DNA from: a virus
IMG/VR virus record: IMGVR_UViG_3300044511_000202
Coordinates: 7,485-71,484 of that record
Length of the DNA: 64,000 bases
Strand: one strand, 5' to 3'
Below, piece after piece: positions 1 to 9,661 of this stretch. Under the pieces are notes generated by a model that saw only the letters and a list, made by a program, of their open reading frames with translations, had not been told where the DNA came from and did not search any database. A program made the translations under genes and the position numbers. Every line of letters starts with the position of its first letter. Position 1 is the stretch's first letter.

Positions 1-188
1 CGATCCTCATGCGCGCGTTCGACATGCCGCGGGAGGAGGCCGAGGCGATGGTGGGCCCGAAGGAGTTCGAGCCCGCGCCACCCGCCGCACCGCCACCGTT
101 CGGGCGCCCGAGCGCCGACCCCTCGCCACCGGCGGAGGGTGAGGAGGAGGAACCGGAGGGTGAGGAGGAACCGGAGGGCGGCGCGTGA
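1..188 (+). CDS. 3' end of a gene, probably the portal protein (partial)
   Basis: Open frame from the window edge (ILMRAFDMPREEAEAMVGP...EGEEEPEGGA*) with an acidic/Pro-rich tail. Its TGA overlaps the GTG of the next gene. The position just before a MuF gene is typical of portal genes. Confidence 0.45.
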   Translation, partial: ILMRAFDMPREEAEAMVGPKEFEPAPPAAPPPFGRPSADPSPPAEGEEEEPEGEEEPEGGA

Positions 189-1078
189 TCCTCGGCTCCG
201 CGAAGGCGCGCACCATCGCGCTCGTCAAGGCGCATCGCCACGTGGGCGGCGCGAAGGGGAGGCGCCGCAACATCCCGCGCCAGCGCTACCCGCTCGCGAT
301 CGAGGCGGCGATGGCGCGAGCGATCGCGGCCATGTTCTCGCGCGCGACCGTGCGCGCCGCGTACCAGCCGCTCCTCGATCAGCTCCCCCAGATCTTCGCG
401 GAGGCGCGCGCGTTCGAGCGGCGGGACGCGGACCCGCGGAAGAAGGTGCGGGACTTCTCGGCGAAGGTGCGGCGAGAGTTTCACCAGCGCGTGACGCGCG
501 ACGCGGTGGCGAGCATGTCTCGCCAGTTCGCCACCCAGGTGAGCGCCTACAACCGAGCCCAGCTCGATCGCCAGTCGCGCGCGGCGCTCGGCACGGAGGT
601 GGCCTTCTCGGACTCGAAGCTCGAGGCGCGCGTGGAGGCGTGGGTGGAGGCGAACGTCGCGCGCATCACCGACATCACCGACGAGATGTCGCGGCGCGTG
701 GAGCGCGTCATCATCGCGGCGGTGGGCGCGGGCGCGGCGGCGGAGGCCCTCCTCGGCGAGCGGCTGGACAAGGAGTTCGGGTTCGGTGAGCGCCGAGCCG
801 AGCTGATCGCCCAGGATCAGCTCGGCTCCCTGTACGGGCAGTTCAACCGCGATCGCCAGCGAAGCGTGGGGGTGCGCTCGTACATCTGGCGCACGATGGG
901 TGACGATCGCGTGCGCGACGAGCACGAGGCGATCGAAGGTGAAGAGTTCACGTGGGACGAGGGCCATCCCGTGGAGGGCCACCCCGGCGAACCCATCGCG
1001 TGCCGCTGCACGGCGGAGCCCGTGTATGAGGAGATCCAGGACGATCTCGACGAGGAAGAGGAGGAGGCCGACGAATGA
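185..1078 (+). CDS. Phage Mu F-like / SPP1 gp7 minor head morphogenesis protein
   Basis: RAELIAQDQ, YIWRTMGDDRVRDEH and HPGEPIACRC motifs. Confidence 0.9.
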   Translation: MILGSAKARTIALVKAHRHVGGAKGRRRNIPRQRYPLAIEAAMARAIAAMFSRATVRAAYQPLLDQLPQIFAEARAFERRDADPRKKVRDFSAKVRREFHQRVTRDAVASMSRQFATQVSAYNRAQLDRQSRAALGTEVAFSDSKLEARVEAWVEANVARITDITDEMSRRVERVIIAAVGAGAAAEALLGERLDKEFGFGERRAELIAQDQLGSLYGQFNRDRQRSVGVRSYIWRTMGDDRVRDEHEAIEGEEFTWDEGHPVEGHPGEPIACRCTAEPVYEEIQDDLDEEEEEADE

Positions 1079-1251
1079 AGGAGCGTCCCGCCCACGCGAC
1101 CGAACCCGTCGACGAACCCGATCGCACGCTGTGCGGTCACTACCTGGAGCGACCCGCCCACCTGGAGGCCCTGAAGATCGACGACGCGAACCCCACGTGT
1201 CGCGCGTGCCTCAGGATCATCGGCGCGCGCCTTCGGGGGAGCGCGCCGTGA
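1075..1251 (+). CDS. Small Cys/His protein (58 aa)
   Basis: The ATG overlaps the upstream TGA. Sequence MKERPAH...TLCG...PTCRACL; its stop overlaps the next GTG. It is below the ORF-track length cutoff. Confidence 0.55.
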   Translation: MKERPAHATEPVDEPDRTLCGHYLERPAHLEALKIDDANPTCRACLRIIGARLRGSAP

Positions 1252-1508
1252 GCTTCGCTCTCGCGGCAGTGGCGGCTGCGACGTGCGCCGGGCTGCTGGA
1301 CTACGCGCTCGCTCGCTACAACCTCGCGCTGCGAGACGGTCACCACCATCGCGCGGGGGTGTGGAGCGTCGCGGTGGCGCTGCTCGCCGGGTTCGGCGTT
1401 CTCGCGCTCGTCGGTGAGCCGTGGATCCTCCTGCCCCAGTGCGCGGGGTACTACGCGGGGACTCGACTCGGCGCGAGGGCCCACGAGCGGCGCCAACCGG
1501 AGGTGTGA
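1248..1508 (+). CDS. Small membrane protein
   Basis: GTG start coupled to the upstream stop; two to three hydrophobic segments. Confidence 0.6.
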   Translation: MSFALAAVAAATCAGLLDYALARYNLALRDGHHHRAGVWSVAVALLAGFGVLALVGEPWILLPQCAGYYAGTRLGARAHERRQPEV

Positions 1509-1528
1509 CAGGGTGGCTCAGCGGCATC

Positions 1529-1537
1529 TGCTACGCT
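1529..1537 (+). promoter_or_regulatory. Extended -10 late-type promoter (TGC TACGCT)
   Basis: Member of a recurrent TGnTAnACT-like motif found upstream of structural genes. Confidence 0.5.
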
Positions 1538-1549
1538 TGAGGCTCAAGC

Positions 1550-2758
1550 ATGGCGTTTCGAGTTGACATCGGCTCCCCCCTCCGTCCCGCGAAGTACCTC
1601 GCGGACGGAGGGGCCCGCTTTGACGCGATCCTCACCCGAGCTGGTGTGTTCACCTACTGGGTGGACGGCAAGCCGTTCCTGGAGTTTCGTCCCGAGTCGG
1701 AGGTGTTCGACGCGGAGAGCATGGCCTCATTCGAGGCGCTCCCCGCGACTGACGATCATCCGGCGGAGGGCGGGGTCACCCCGCAGAACCGCGACGCGCT
1801 GAAGCGCGGCCGGGTGGGTGACACCGTCAAGCGCGATGCGCTGAACATGGTGGGTGCGCTCATCATCGATGATGCGGGACTGCTCGCGAAGATCAGGGCC
1901 GGCAAGGTCGAGGTGTCGTGCGGGTACACGTGCGATCTCGAGCTGAAGCCCGGCGAGTGGAACGGCATCCGATACGACGCCGTCCAGCGGAACATCCGCG
2001 GTAACCACGTCGCGATCGTGGACCGCGGTCGAGCCGGAAACGCGCGGGTGCGCGTCGACGGTCACCAGTGCGAGGACGTGCCCGAGGCGCGGGCGGCCGA
2101 GCCTTCACCCCCGAAGAGCGCCCAGAGGACCGACAACATGCAACTGGAAGAGCTGCTGAAGAAGCTCGGTGAGGTGACGGCGGACGGCGAGAAGCAGCGC
2201 CACCGCGCAGACACCGCCACCGCAGAGCGCGATGCTGCTCGGGCGGAGCGCGACGCCGCGCGCGCCCAGCTCGACACCATGAGGGCCGAGCGCGACACGG
2301 CGAAGAAGGACGCCGAGGACGCCGCGAAGGCTCGCGAGGACGCCGCGAAGGACGGTCCCGAGCGCGCGCGCGAGAGCGCGAAGACGATCGCGAAGGGCGT
2401 GGTGATGCTCGGCGCGGACGCGAAGATCAAGATCGACGGAAAGGACGTCGACATCTTCGACGCCGACCCGCACGCGATCCGCCTCGCCGCGATCCAGAAG
2501 ATCCACAAGGTGGACTGCTCGAAGGAGAGCGAGGCGTACGTCAGGGTCCGCTTCGATCTCGCGTTCGACACGCTCGACAAGTCGCGGGCGGCGCTCGACG
2601 CCGCGCGCGTCGTCGCCGAGCCGACCCCGCGCGTCGACGGTGACGGCAAGGCTGCGCCGTCGAACGGCGACGCGTACACCCGCGAGAACGAGGCCCGCAA
2701 GAAGATGAACAAGCGCCACCAGGACGCCTGGAAGGCCGACGACGAAGGGAAGGAGTAG
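1550..2758 (+). CDS. DUF2213-family prohead protease/scaffold protein
   Basis: TRAGVFTY, RPESEVF, TDDHP, EVSCGYTC and QRNIRGNHVAIVDRGRAG motifs, followed by a coiled-coil scaffold region. Confidence 0.9.
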   Translation: MAFRVDIGSPLRPAKYLADGGARFDAILTRAGVFTYWVDGKPFLEFRPESEVFDAESMASFEALPATDDHPAEGGVTPQNRDALKRGRVGDTVKRDALNMVGALIIDDAGLLAKIRAGKVEVSCGYTCDLELKPGEWNGIRYDAVQRNIRGNHVAIVDRGRAGNARVRVDGHQCEDVPEARAAEPSPPKSAQRTDNMQLEELLKKLGEVTADGEKQRHRADTATAERDAARAERDAARAQLDTMRAERDTAKKDAEDAAKAREDAAKDGPERARESAKTIAKGVVMLGADAKIKIDGKDVDIFDADPHAIRLAAIQKIHKVDCSKESEAYVRVRFDLAFDTLDKSRAALDAARVVAEPTPRVDGDGKAAPSNGDAYTRENEARKKMNKRHQDAWKADDEGKE

Positions 2759-2762
2759 ACCC

Positions 2763-3287
2763 ATGCCGGTCCAGAACACCTACAGCATCGCGCCCGCGCG
2801 CGCCGTGAACGGCCAGCTCGCCTGCCGTCGCGACAAGGCGGAGATCGACACCGCGTACAACGGTGAAGCGAGCGCCGCGATCAACTTCGGTCTCGGCGTG
2901 AAGTGGGGCTCCGCGACGGACAAGGACTCCGTCAAGCTCCCGACCGCGGAGACCGACAAGATCCGCGGCATGACCGTGCGCCTGCACACCTACGATCCGG
3001 GTGACCAGGGCGACATCACCGCCAGCGGCGTGTCGGCCGGGGCGAAGCTCAACATCCTCAAGGCGGGCGAGATCTTCGTCACCTGTGACACCGGGTGCGC
3101 GCCCGGTGACAAGCTGTGGATCCGCGCCGTCGGCGGCGGTGACCACGGCGGTGGCGTGCCGGAGCGCGTCGGTGCGCCCGAGAACGCGGACGACTCCACC
3201 GACATGATCGACTGCACCGCACTCGGCGAGTGGCAGGAGTTCGCCGCGGCGGGCTCCATCGCCAAGCTCCGCGTTCGCTTCTTCTAG
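2763..3287 (+). CDS. Capsid decoration/cement protein
   Basis: 174 aa lying between scaffold and MCP; INFGLGV...NILKAGEIFV pattern. Confidence 0.7.
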   Translation: MPVQNTYSIAPARAVNGQLACRRDKAEIDTAYNGEASAAINFGLGVKWGSATDKDSVKLPTAETDKIRGMTVRLHTYDPGDQGDITASGVSAGAKLNILKAGEIFVTCDTGCAPGDKLWIRAVGGGDHGGGVPERVGAPENADDSTDMIDCTALGEWQEFAAAGSIAKLRVRFF

Positions 3288-3304
3288 GAAAGGGACCCAG
3301 CACC

Positions 3305-4267
3305 ATGAACGCCTACCACCTGGACGGACTCGAGCGAGCGGACGCAAACCTCGCCGCGTTCTTCTCCAAGCAGCTGGAGCAGATCCGCCCCGAGCTGTAC
3401 GAAGTCAAGTTCCCCGAGCTGAAGGGGCGCCTCATGGTGCCCGTCAACAACAACGTGCACCCGGGCGCCAGCTCGGTGACCACGCGCTCGATCTCCGAAG
3501 TCGGTGAGGCCGACTGGGTCGAGGATCTCGCCGACGACGCGCCCGAAGTCGAGGTGACCGGCGGCTCGGAGGACAATATCAAGATGAAGACGATCCAGGG
3601 TGCCTACGGCTGGCACCTCCAGGAGGCGCGCTCGGCGGCCTTCGCGGGGATCGATCTCTCGCCGCGCAAGGCGCGCGCGTGTCGCCAGGCGATCGAGCGC
3701 AAGATCGACCAGTCGCTCCTCGTCGGCGCGACGATCGGCAGCACCGTGCTCCAGGGCCTCTTCTCGCTGACCGGCTCGCAGGCGGTACTCTCGTACGCCC
3801 CGACGGTCCTCACGTTCGAGGACGAGGACTCTGACGCGATCTACGGCGCGCTGATGGACTTCGTGAACAACATCTACGTTGCCTCGAAGGAGATCGAGGT
3901 GCCTGACACCATGGTCCTCCCGACCACGACGAAGATGCTCCTCAAGTCGCGCCGCATGGGCGACGCGAACAACATGTCCGTCCTGGACTACTTCCTGGCG
4001 TCGAACGAGTTCATCAAGACGGTGCACACGTCGCACTACCTGGAGCAGGGCGCCAGCGGTTCGACGCTCGGCCACGGCGGCTCGCCGTCGGTCAAGCGCA
4101 TCGTCGCCTACCGGAAGGACCCCGACATCCTCGAAGGCTGGGTGAACGAGTTCGAGCAGCTCCCGCCGGAGTTCAAGTCGGCGCGCGTGCTGACGACGTG
4201 CCTCGCTCGCAGCGGTGGCGTGCAGGCTCACCGCCCGAAGGCGATCAGCTACTACGACGGTTGCTAG
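3305..4267 (+). CDS. Major capsid protein (DUF2184 family)
   Basis: FFSKQLEQIRPELYEVKFPEL, PDTMVLP and RSGGVQAHRPKAISY patterns. The ATG at 3305 follows AAGGGA. Confidence 0.9.
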   Translation: MNAYHLDGLERADANLAAFFSKQLEQIRPELYEVKFPELKGRLMVPVNNNVHPGASSVTTRSISEVGEADWVEDLADDAPEVEVTGGSEDNIKMKTIQGAYGWHLQEARSAAFAGIDLSPRKARACRQAIERKIDQSLLVGATIGSTVLQGLFSLTGSQAVLSYAPTVLTFEDEDSDAIYGALMDFVNNIYVASKEIEVPDTMVLPTTTKMLLKSRRMGDANNMSVLDYFLASNEFIKTVHTSHYLEQGASGSTLGHGGSPSVKRIVAYRKDPDILEGWVNEFEQLPPEFKSARVLTTCLARSGGVQAHRPKAISYYDGC

Positions 4268-4310
4268 GCCGTCGGAGCCAGCTCGGCACCGCCTCGCCGG
4301 CGGTGTCTCG

Positions 4311-4379
4311 GTCGCTACCTCATGGAGGAACCCGGCTCCGTAAGCCGGCGCAACGGTGGTTCGACTCCACCTAGCGGCA
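4311..4379 (+). ncRNA. Degenerate tRNA-like cloverleaf (nominal anticodon CGT, shrunken D arm, no CCA)
   Basis: Acceptor stem GTCGCTA/TAGCGGC; mini D hairpin CCTC-ATG-GAGG; anticodon arm CCGGC-TCCGTAA-GCCGG; canonical T arm GGTGG-TTCGACT-CCACC. A hairpin at 4285-4307 precedes it. Confidence 0.7.
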
Positions 4380-4419
4380 CCCGGAACTTGATCAACTGCC
4401 CTGCCCTCAGGAGGAACCC

Positions 4420-5202
4420 ATGGGCTTCGCTCGCAACAAGCGCAACCAGGATCTGATCACTCTCCGCTTCCCGTTCCCCGCCCAGGGCAAGCGCGCCACC
4501 GGTTCGATCGTCTGCGCGACGAACGCGAACATGGCGGACTCGGACTTCATCACGATCAGCGACGGCATCAACGCGCCGGTGCTGTACGAATACGACAAGA
4601 GCGCCAACGGCGTGACGGCCGGTCGCGTGGCCGTCACTGCCGGCGGCGGCACCGCGGCCCAGACGGCGGCCAACTTCAAGACGGCCATCAACGCGAACCA
4701 ACCGCTGCTCGATGTGACCGACAACCTCGACGGCTCGCTCACGCTCGAGTCCAAGCTCCCAGGCACGTTCGCGAACGTGAGCATCACGGAGAACGTCGCG
4801 CACGCGAGCTTCACCGTCTCGGGCATGACCGGCGGCCTCGACACCGATCGCGTTCAGGCCGACATCGCGACGATCCCCTACTGGACGGCGGAGGCGGACT
4901 TCGAGGTGTTCGACGCGAAGATCTACACGCGTGACGGTCTCGCGAACAGCGCATCCGCGTTCGCCGTCATCGCCCTGAAGAAGGGCGCCACCGTGATCGC
5001 GGACTGGTCCACGGAGACGGGCCAGGAGGGTACCCTCACCGCAGGCGCGGTGCAGGATCTGACGATGGCCACGCTGGTGGCCGATCGCCGCGGTGCCGCC
5101 GGCGACACCCTGTCGCTCGGTATCGACGTCACCCTCACCCCCAAGGTCCCCCAGGGGTACGTGGAGGTTCACCTCCGCTACCGCGGACCGGTGAGGGCGT
5201 AG
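4420..5202 (+). CDS. Virion structural protein (head accessory)
   Basis: GGAGG SD; beta-rich; shares a module with the next gene. Confidence 0.6.
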   Translation: MGFARNKRNQDLITLRFPFPAQGKRATGSIVCATNANMADSDFITISDGINAPVLYEYDKSANGVTAGRVAVTAGGGTAAQTAANFKTAINANQPLLDVTDNLDGSLTLESKLPGTFANVSITENVAHASFTVSGMTGGLDTDRVQADIATIPYWTAEADFEVFDAKIYTRDGLANSASAFAVIALKKGATVIADWSTETGQEGTLTAGAVQDLTMATLVADRRGAAGDTLSLGIDVTLTPKVPQGYVEVHLRYRGPVRA

Positions 5203-5206
5203 CGCC

Positions 5207-5836
5207 GTGACCTACCCGGTGCCGAAGATCGCGGAGTCGATCCAGCTGAACGTCGCCATCGCGGAGGCCGACTTCTCGCTGGCGATGGCTCCGCAGGTGC
5301 TCTACCGGTTCAGCTCCAGCACGGCGTGCTGGATCAAGCAAGGCAAGGCGCTGCTCCTCACCGCCGTCACCAAAGCCAACTTCGCGGACACCGACTACTT
5401 CACCCTCGCGGTGGACGGCATCACGAAGGTGTTCGAGATCGACAAGGCGGGCGACGGCCTCACTGCGGCGGGCGTGAACGCGGGGCGCATCGCGATCGAC
5501 ATCTCCGCCGACACCACGGCGGCGCAGTGCGCAACTCGCATTCGCACCGCGCTACTCGCGGCCTTCACGTCGTACCTGTCGATCACCGACAACGCCGACG
5601 GTACGCTCACGCTGCTGGCCACGCGCCAGATGTCGGCGCCCGCCGACAACGTCGCGAACGCCGGGTTCAGCATCGCGGCGAGCACGCTCCTCGCAGCCTC
5701 GGCGGCGAGCGGTTCGATGTTCGTCGCGGCGGGCGAGGTGATCATGCTGGACGGGCGCGACGGGCAGACGCTCTCCGTCATCCGGGACACGGCGGACGGC
5801 AAGGCGTCGCTCACCCCGCTGCGGTTCGTGAGGTAG
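5207..5836 (+). CDS. Virion structural protein (head accessory)
   Basis: Shares the AN.AD.D..T....GI...E.DK...AGR.A....TAAQ.A...TDN.DG.LTL module with 4420-5202. Confidence 0.6.
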   Translation: MTYPVPKIAESIQLNVAIAEADFSLAMAPQVLYRFSSSTACWIKQGKALLLTAVTKANFADTDYFTLAVDGITKVFEIDKAGDGLTAAGVNAGRIAIDISADTTAAQCATRIRTALLAAFTSYLSITDNADGTLTLLATRQMSAPADNVANAGFSIAASTLLAASAASGSMFVAAGEVIMLDGRDGQTLSVIRDTADGKASLTPLRFVR

Positions 5837-5839
5837 CCG

Positions 5840-6244
5840 GTGGCCGACATCACGTGGGCTCAGGTGCAAGCATTCGAACCCGCTATGGCGGGGGTGGTGC
5901 TGGACGTCCAAACGACCATCCTCGCCTACGTGAACAACCACTACGACTCCTCGATCTTCAACGGAGACGCGGAGTACGTGCTCGCCCGGATCTACCTGGC
6001 CATCCACCGCGGGTGGGGCTCGCTGGGTGGCGCCTCGGGTGCGGCCGGCGCCGTCACGGCGGAGTCGGGAGGCGGACTCTCGGTGTCGTACGCCGCGCCA
6101 GCGGGGTGGGAGCTGAACGATCTCACCAGCTCGCAGGCGGGGCGCGCCGCGCTCTCGCTCTCGGGGACGTCACTCGCGCGCGCGTGGGTTGCGCTCGGGG
6201 ACGTGCAGACGTCGTGCCCTGACGACGGGTTCGGCCAGTGGTGA
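5840..6244 (+). CDS. Head-tail adaptor (DUF4054-like)
   Basis: Size, position and the YLAIH...VTAESGGGLSVSY...TSSQAG pattern. Confidence 0.7.
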   Translation: MADITWAQVQAFEPAMAGVVLDVQTTILAYVNNHYDSSIFNGDAEYVLARIYLAIHRGWGSLGGASGAAGAVTAESGGGLSVSYAAPAGWELNDLTSSQAGRAALSLSGTSLARAWVALGDVQTSCPDDGFGQW

Positions 6245-6247
6245 ACC

Positions 6248-6718
6248 GTGCGGCCCACCTTCGACGTCAAGATCGTTGACGAGAAGTGGCGCGGTGTGCT
6301 CGCGCGCATTCGCCACGCGCGGAGCGGGCTTGCGGTCAAGGTCGGCATCCCCGAAGGTGTGGCTCACCCGGACGCCGACATCACGATCGCGGAGATCGGC
6401 GCCATCCATGAGTACGGATCGGCGAAGGCGAAGATCCCGCGGCGCTCGTGGCTCGCGCGCACGTTCAAGCGCGCCGATCGCGATCTGAAGTCGCAGATGC
6501 GAACGCTGGCAACGGCCGTCACTGCTGGGCGCGCGAGTCCGAGCATGGCGCTGGCGCAGCTCGGCCAGTGGGCCGTCGAGGCGGTCCGGCGAAGTATCTA
6601 CATGAACATCCCGCCCCCGCTCACGGAGTATACTGTGCGGAGGAAGGGGCACCGGCTCGCGCTCGTCGACAGCGGCGCGCTCATCCGAGCGATCACCTGG
6701 TTCCGGGAGGCATCGTGA
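6248..6718 (+). CDS. Neck/tail completion protein (HK97 gp10-like)
   Basis: VKVGIP, IGAIHEYG..KIPRRSWL and T..RKG...LVDSG.L..AIT motifs. Confidence 0.8.
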   Translation: MRPTFDVKIVDEKWRGVLARIRHARSGLAVKVGIPEGVAHPDADITIAEIGAIHEYGSAKAKIPRRSWLARTFKRADRDLKSQMRTLATAVTAGRASPSMALAQLGQWAVEAVRRSIYMNIPPPLTEYTVRRKGHRLALVDSGALIRAITWFREAS

Positions 6719-7056
6719 TCACCCACGCGATCCTGACGTTCAAGACGGGCGACTACGACGTCACTCGACCGGGCTCGGGCTCGCGCGTGAACGGCGTATG
6801 GACGGAGGCGGCCCCTGCCGTCACGACGGGTGTGGCCATGGCGATCCAGCCGATCGACGGGCGCGATCTCCAGGAGCTGGCGGAGGGTACCTACGCCGAG
6901 GACTACCGGCTGGTGCTCACGGAGTTCGCGCTCCGCGTGCGCGATGAGGTGGCCTTCGAGGGGGAGCAGTGGACGGTGTACCGCGCGCAGCCGTGGACGC
7001 TTCGCGGTGCATCGTGGACGCGCGCGTACATCTCGCGCAATGAGGTGACACCGTGA
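6715..7056 (+). CDS. Head closure/stopper protein
   Basis: GTG coupled to the upstream stop; G.RVNGVW...IQP..G.DLQ.L.EG...D.V.FEG..W.V pattern. Confidence 0.7.
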   Translation: MITHAILTFKTGDYDVTRPGSGSRVNGVWTEAAPAVTTGVAMAIQPIDGRDLQELAEGTYAEDYRLVLTEFALRVRDEVAFEGEQWTVYRAQPWTLRGASWTRAYISRNEVTP

Positions 7057-7871
7057 GCCTGGACTTCGCCGCGATCGAAACCGCGCTCGTAAGCTGGGTG
7101 ATGCTCGGCACGGGCCTCGACTCCGCCCACGTGATCCTGGAGGACGCGGGGCACCGTCCGGCGGACGAGCCGTACGCCGTGATCCACATCGGGGACGAGC
7201 GCCAGATCGGCCAGGACGAGGTGACCCAGAGCGCGAACTACCTCGTATTCGCGGATGTCACCATCACGGCGGTGTCACCCGCGGCCAACACCCTGACGAA
7301 GACGGCGCACGGACTCCTCACCGGAGACGGGCCGGTGAGACTAACGACGACGGGTGGGGCACCTGGCGGACTCGCCGTCGCGACGGACTACTGGGTGATC
7401 CGCCTCGACGCCGACACGGTGCAGCTCGCGGCGACGTTCGAGGCGTCGCTCGCACTCACCCCGATCGACATCACCAGCGCGGGCACCGGGACGCACGCGA
7501 TCGTCGACACGCCCACCACGCGTCGCGTCGGACAAGAGGTGCTCCGCGAGCACACCGCGCCGTGTGAGCTGGACGTCGAGATTCAGATCGTCGGCGGGAG
7601 CAACGTCGGTAACGCGACGTCGCGCGCGCTCGCCAGCACCCTGCGCAAGCGCGGCGAGCGCCTCCTGGCGATGCGCGCGATCCTGGAGGGCGCCAACGTA
7701 TCGGTGCTGCGCTGGCAACCCGCGCGCAACCTTCTCCCTACCCGACAGCTGGTCACGTTCGAACCGCGCACGGTGCTATCGCTGGTGCTGAGCTGCTCGA
7801 ACTACGAGAGCGAGCTTTGCGGCATCGTGGAGCGCGTGTTCGGCACCTTCGAGATCGAGGGCCTGCCCTAG
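7053..7871 (+). CDS. Tail terminator/neck protein with an inserted beta module
   Basis: N-terminal P.DEPYAVI pattern and gene position. The insert is shared with the sheath protein. Confidence 0.65.
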   Translation: MSLDFAAIETALVSWVMLGTGLDSAHVILEDAGHRPADEPYAVIHIGDERQIGQDEVTQSANYLVFADVTITAVSPAANTLTKTAHGLLTGDGPVRLTTTGGAPGGLAVATDYWVIRLDADTVQLAATFEASLALTPIDITSAGTGTHAIVDTPTTRRVGQEVLREHTAPCELDVEIQIVGGSNVGNATSRALASTLRKRGERLLAMRAILEGANVSVLRWQPARNLLPTRQLVTFEPRTVLSLVLSCSNYESELCGIVERVFGTFEIEGLP

Positions 7872-7877
7872 CGCGGC

Positions 7878-7886
7878 TGCTAAACT
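7878..7886 (+). promoter_or_regulatory. Extended -10 motif TGC TAAACT
   Basis: Recurrent motif lying in an intergenic gap. Confidence 0.45.
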
Positions 7887-7898
7887 CAGGAGGCACAC

Positions 7899-8318
7899 AT
7901 GGCGACTTTTAACCGCTTCGAAGTCTTCAGCGAGAACCTCGCCGAGAAGGTTCACAACCTCGACACCGACACCCTCAAGGTGTACCTGTCCAACACCGCC
8001 CCGAACGTGGCGACGCACACCGTCAAGGCGGACATCGCGGAGATCGCGGGTGGTAACGGCTACACGGCCGGCGGACACGACACCCAGAACGCCACGAGCA
8101 GGTCGGGCGCCGTCACGTCGGTGACCGGCGTGGACATCACGATCACGGCAACCGGCGGAAGCGTGGGGCCGTTTCGCTACGCGATCCTCTACAACGACAC
8201 CCCGACGTCCCCGGCCGACCCCCTGATCGGCTACTGGGATTACGGCTCGTCGATCACGCTCAACGACACCGAGCCCTTCCTGGTGGACTTCGGCGCGAGC
8301 ATGTTCACGGTGGGGTAG
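7899..8318 (+). CDS. Small virion structural (collar/fibre-associated) protein
   Basis: GGAGG SD; DTLKVYL...EIAGGNGYTAGG...RYAILYNDT...LIGYWDYG pattern, common in phage neck regions. Confidence 0.7.
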   Translation: MATFNRFEVFSENLAEKVHNLDTDTLKVYLSNTAPNVATHTVKADIAEIAGGNGYTAGGHDTQNATSRSGAVTSVTGVDITITATGGSVGPFRYAILYNDTPTSPADPLIGYWDYGSSITLNDTEPFLVDFGASMFTVG

Positions 8319-8324
8319 TCCGCG

Positions 8325-9653
8325 ATGATGATCCTCAATCCCAGCTCGCTGATCCGGGTGGTCACCACGACGGGTGCCGACATCGAGTGCCACGCGTCGT
8401 GGGTGGATCGCGTGGACGCGACCGGCGTTCAGACGCCCGACACCGACAACGTGATCGTCACCACCGCCACCACCACCACCCTGGTGGGTTCGCCGAGCGC
8501 TGGTACCAAGCGCAACGTCAAGCTGCTGACGATCGTCAACGTGGACGTGACCGCGCAGACGCTCACGCTCGAGCACAGCGACGGCACCCAGGTGGTGAGC
8601 CTCCCCTCGTGTCACAACGTGACGCTGCAACCGGGCGACTCGATCACCGTCGACGACACCGGCAAGATCACGCTGTCCAGCGCCTCGATGCCCCGCGAGA
8701 TCCAGATCTTCACCACCCCGGGCGCGAACACGTGGACGAAGCCCACATCGTTCACGCCGTTGTACGTTGTTGTGCAGTGCATCGGCGCGGGCGGCGGCGG
8801 CGGCGGCGGCTCCTCACAGACCGGCGCCGTGGTCCGTACGGGTGGCTGCGGCGGCGGCGGCGGCGGGTACGCGGAGGCGACCGTGCGCGCGAGCGAGCTG
8901 GGAGCCACCGAGACCGTCACCGTCGGGACAGGCGGTACGGCGGGCACGGCCGGAGCCTCGGGCGCCGACGGTGGTAACGGCGGACTCGGGAGCGCGTCAT
9001 CCTTCGGCGCAGCCCCGATCGTTCGAGCTGGTGGCGGAGGCGGCGGCTCTTTCGGTGACAACGCGTCCACCGCTGGTGGCGGCGGCGGCGGCGGCGGGTT
9101 CGGCGACGGCGCCACTGGTACGACGGCCGGCGGCACCGGCGGGATTCCCGGCACCGGATCGCTGACGTCGGTCGGGCGCACCGGCGCGATCGGCGGGGCG
9201 AACGGTTCGGCCGGCGGGTACGCGGAGGACGGCGGCGGCGGAGGCGGTGGTCACACGAACACCCCCGCCAACGGTCCCGGAGGTACCTCGATCCGCGGCG
9301 GCGGCGGTGGTGGTTGCGGCGGCGGCGCGACTGTCGCCCCCGCGACCGTCAACGCGACAGCCGGCGGCGCCTCGGGCACGTGCGTGGCCGCGGGCGGTGG
9401 CGGCGGCGCGGCCGGTACGAGCGGCGCCTCCCCCACGGCGGGCACCGCCGGCTCCGACGGGAACACCCTCCGCGCGGGGCACGGCGGCGGCGGCGGCGGC
9501 GGCACGATCACGGCCAGCACCAACGGCGGTGGCGGCGGTAACGGTGGCGCGCCCGGTGGCGGTGGCGGCGGCGGCGGGGTTGGGTCGAACACGGGTACCG
9601 GCGGAGCGGGCGGGGCGGGCGCGCGCGGCGAGGTGCGGGTGTACTGCTGGTGA
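8325..9653 (+). CDS. Glycine-rich fibre-like virion protein
   Basis: QIFTTPG..TWTKP...V.CIGAGGGGGGG...G.V.V motif and long Gly-rich repeats. Confidence 0.75.
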   Translation: MMILNPSSLIRVVTTTGADIECHASWVDRVDATGVQTPDTDNVIVTTATTTTLVGSPSAGTKRNVKLLTIVNVDVTAQTLTLEHSDGTQVVSLPSCHNVTLQPGDSITVDDTGKITLSSASMPREIQIFTTPGANTWTKPTSFTPLYVVVQCIGAGGGGGGGSSQTGAVVRTGGCGGGGGGYAEATVRASELGATETVTVGTGGTAGTAGASGADGGNGGLGSASSFGAAPIVRAGGGGGGSFGDNASTAGGGGGGGGFGDGATGTTAGGTGGIPGTGSLTSVGRTGAIGGANGSAGGYAEDGGGGGGGHTNTPANGPGGTSIRGGGGGGCGGGATVAPATVNATAGGASGTCVAAGGGGGAAGTSGASPTAGTAGSDGNTLRAGHGGGGGGGTITASTNGGGGGNGGAPGGGGGGGGVGSNTGTGGAGGAGARGEVRVYCW

Positions 9654-9661
9654 GGTGACGC

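Noticed and set aside
4311..4379. Functional tRNA-Thr(CGT)
   Set aside because: It lacks U8, a normal D loop, U33 and CCA, so it is reported as tRNA-like only.
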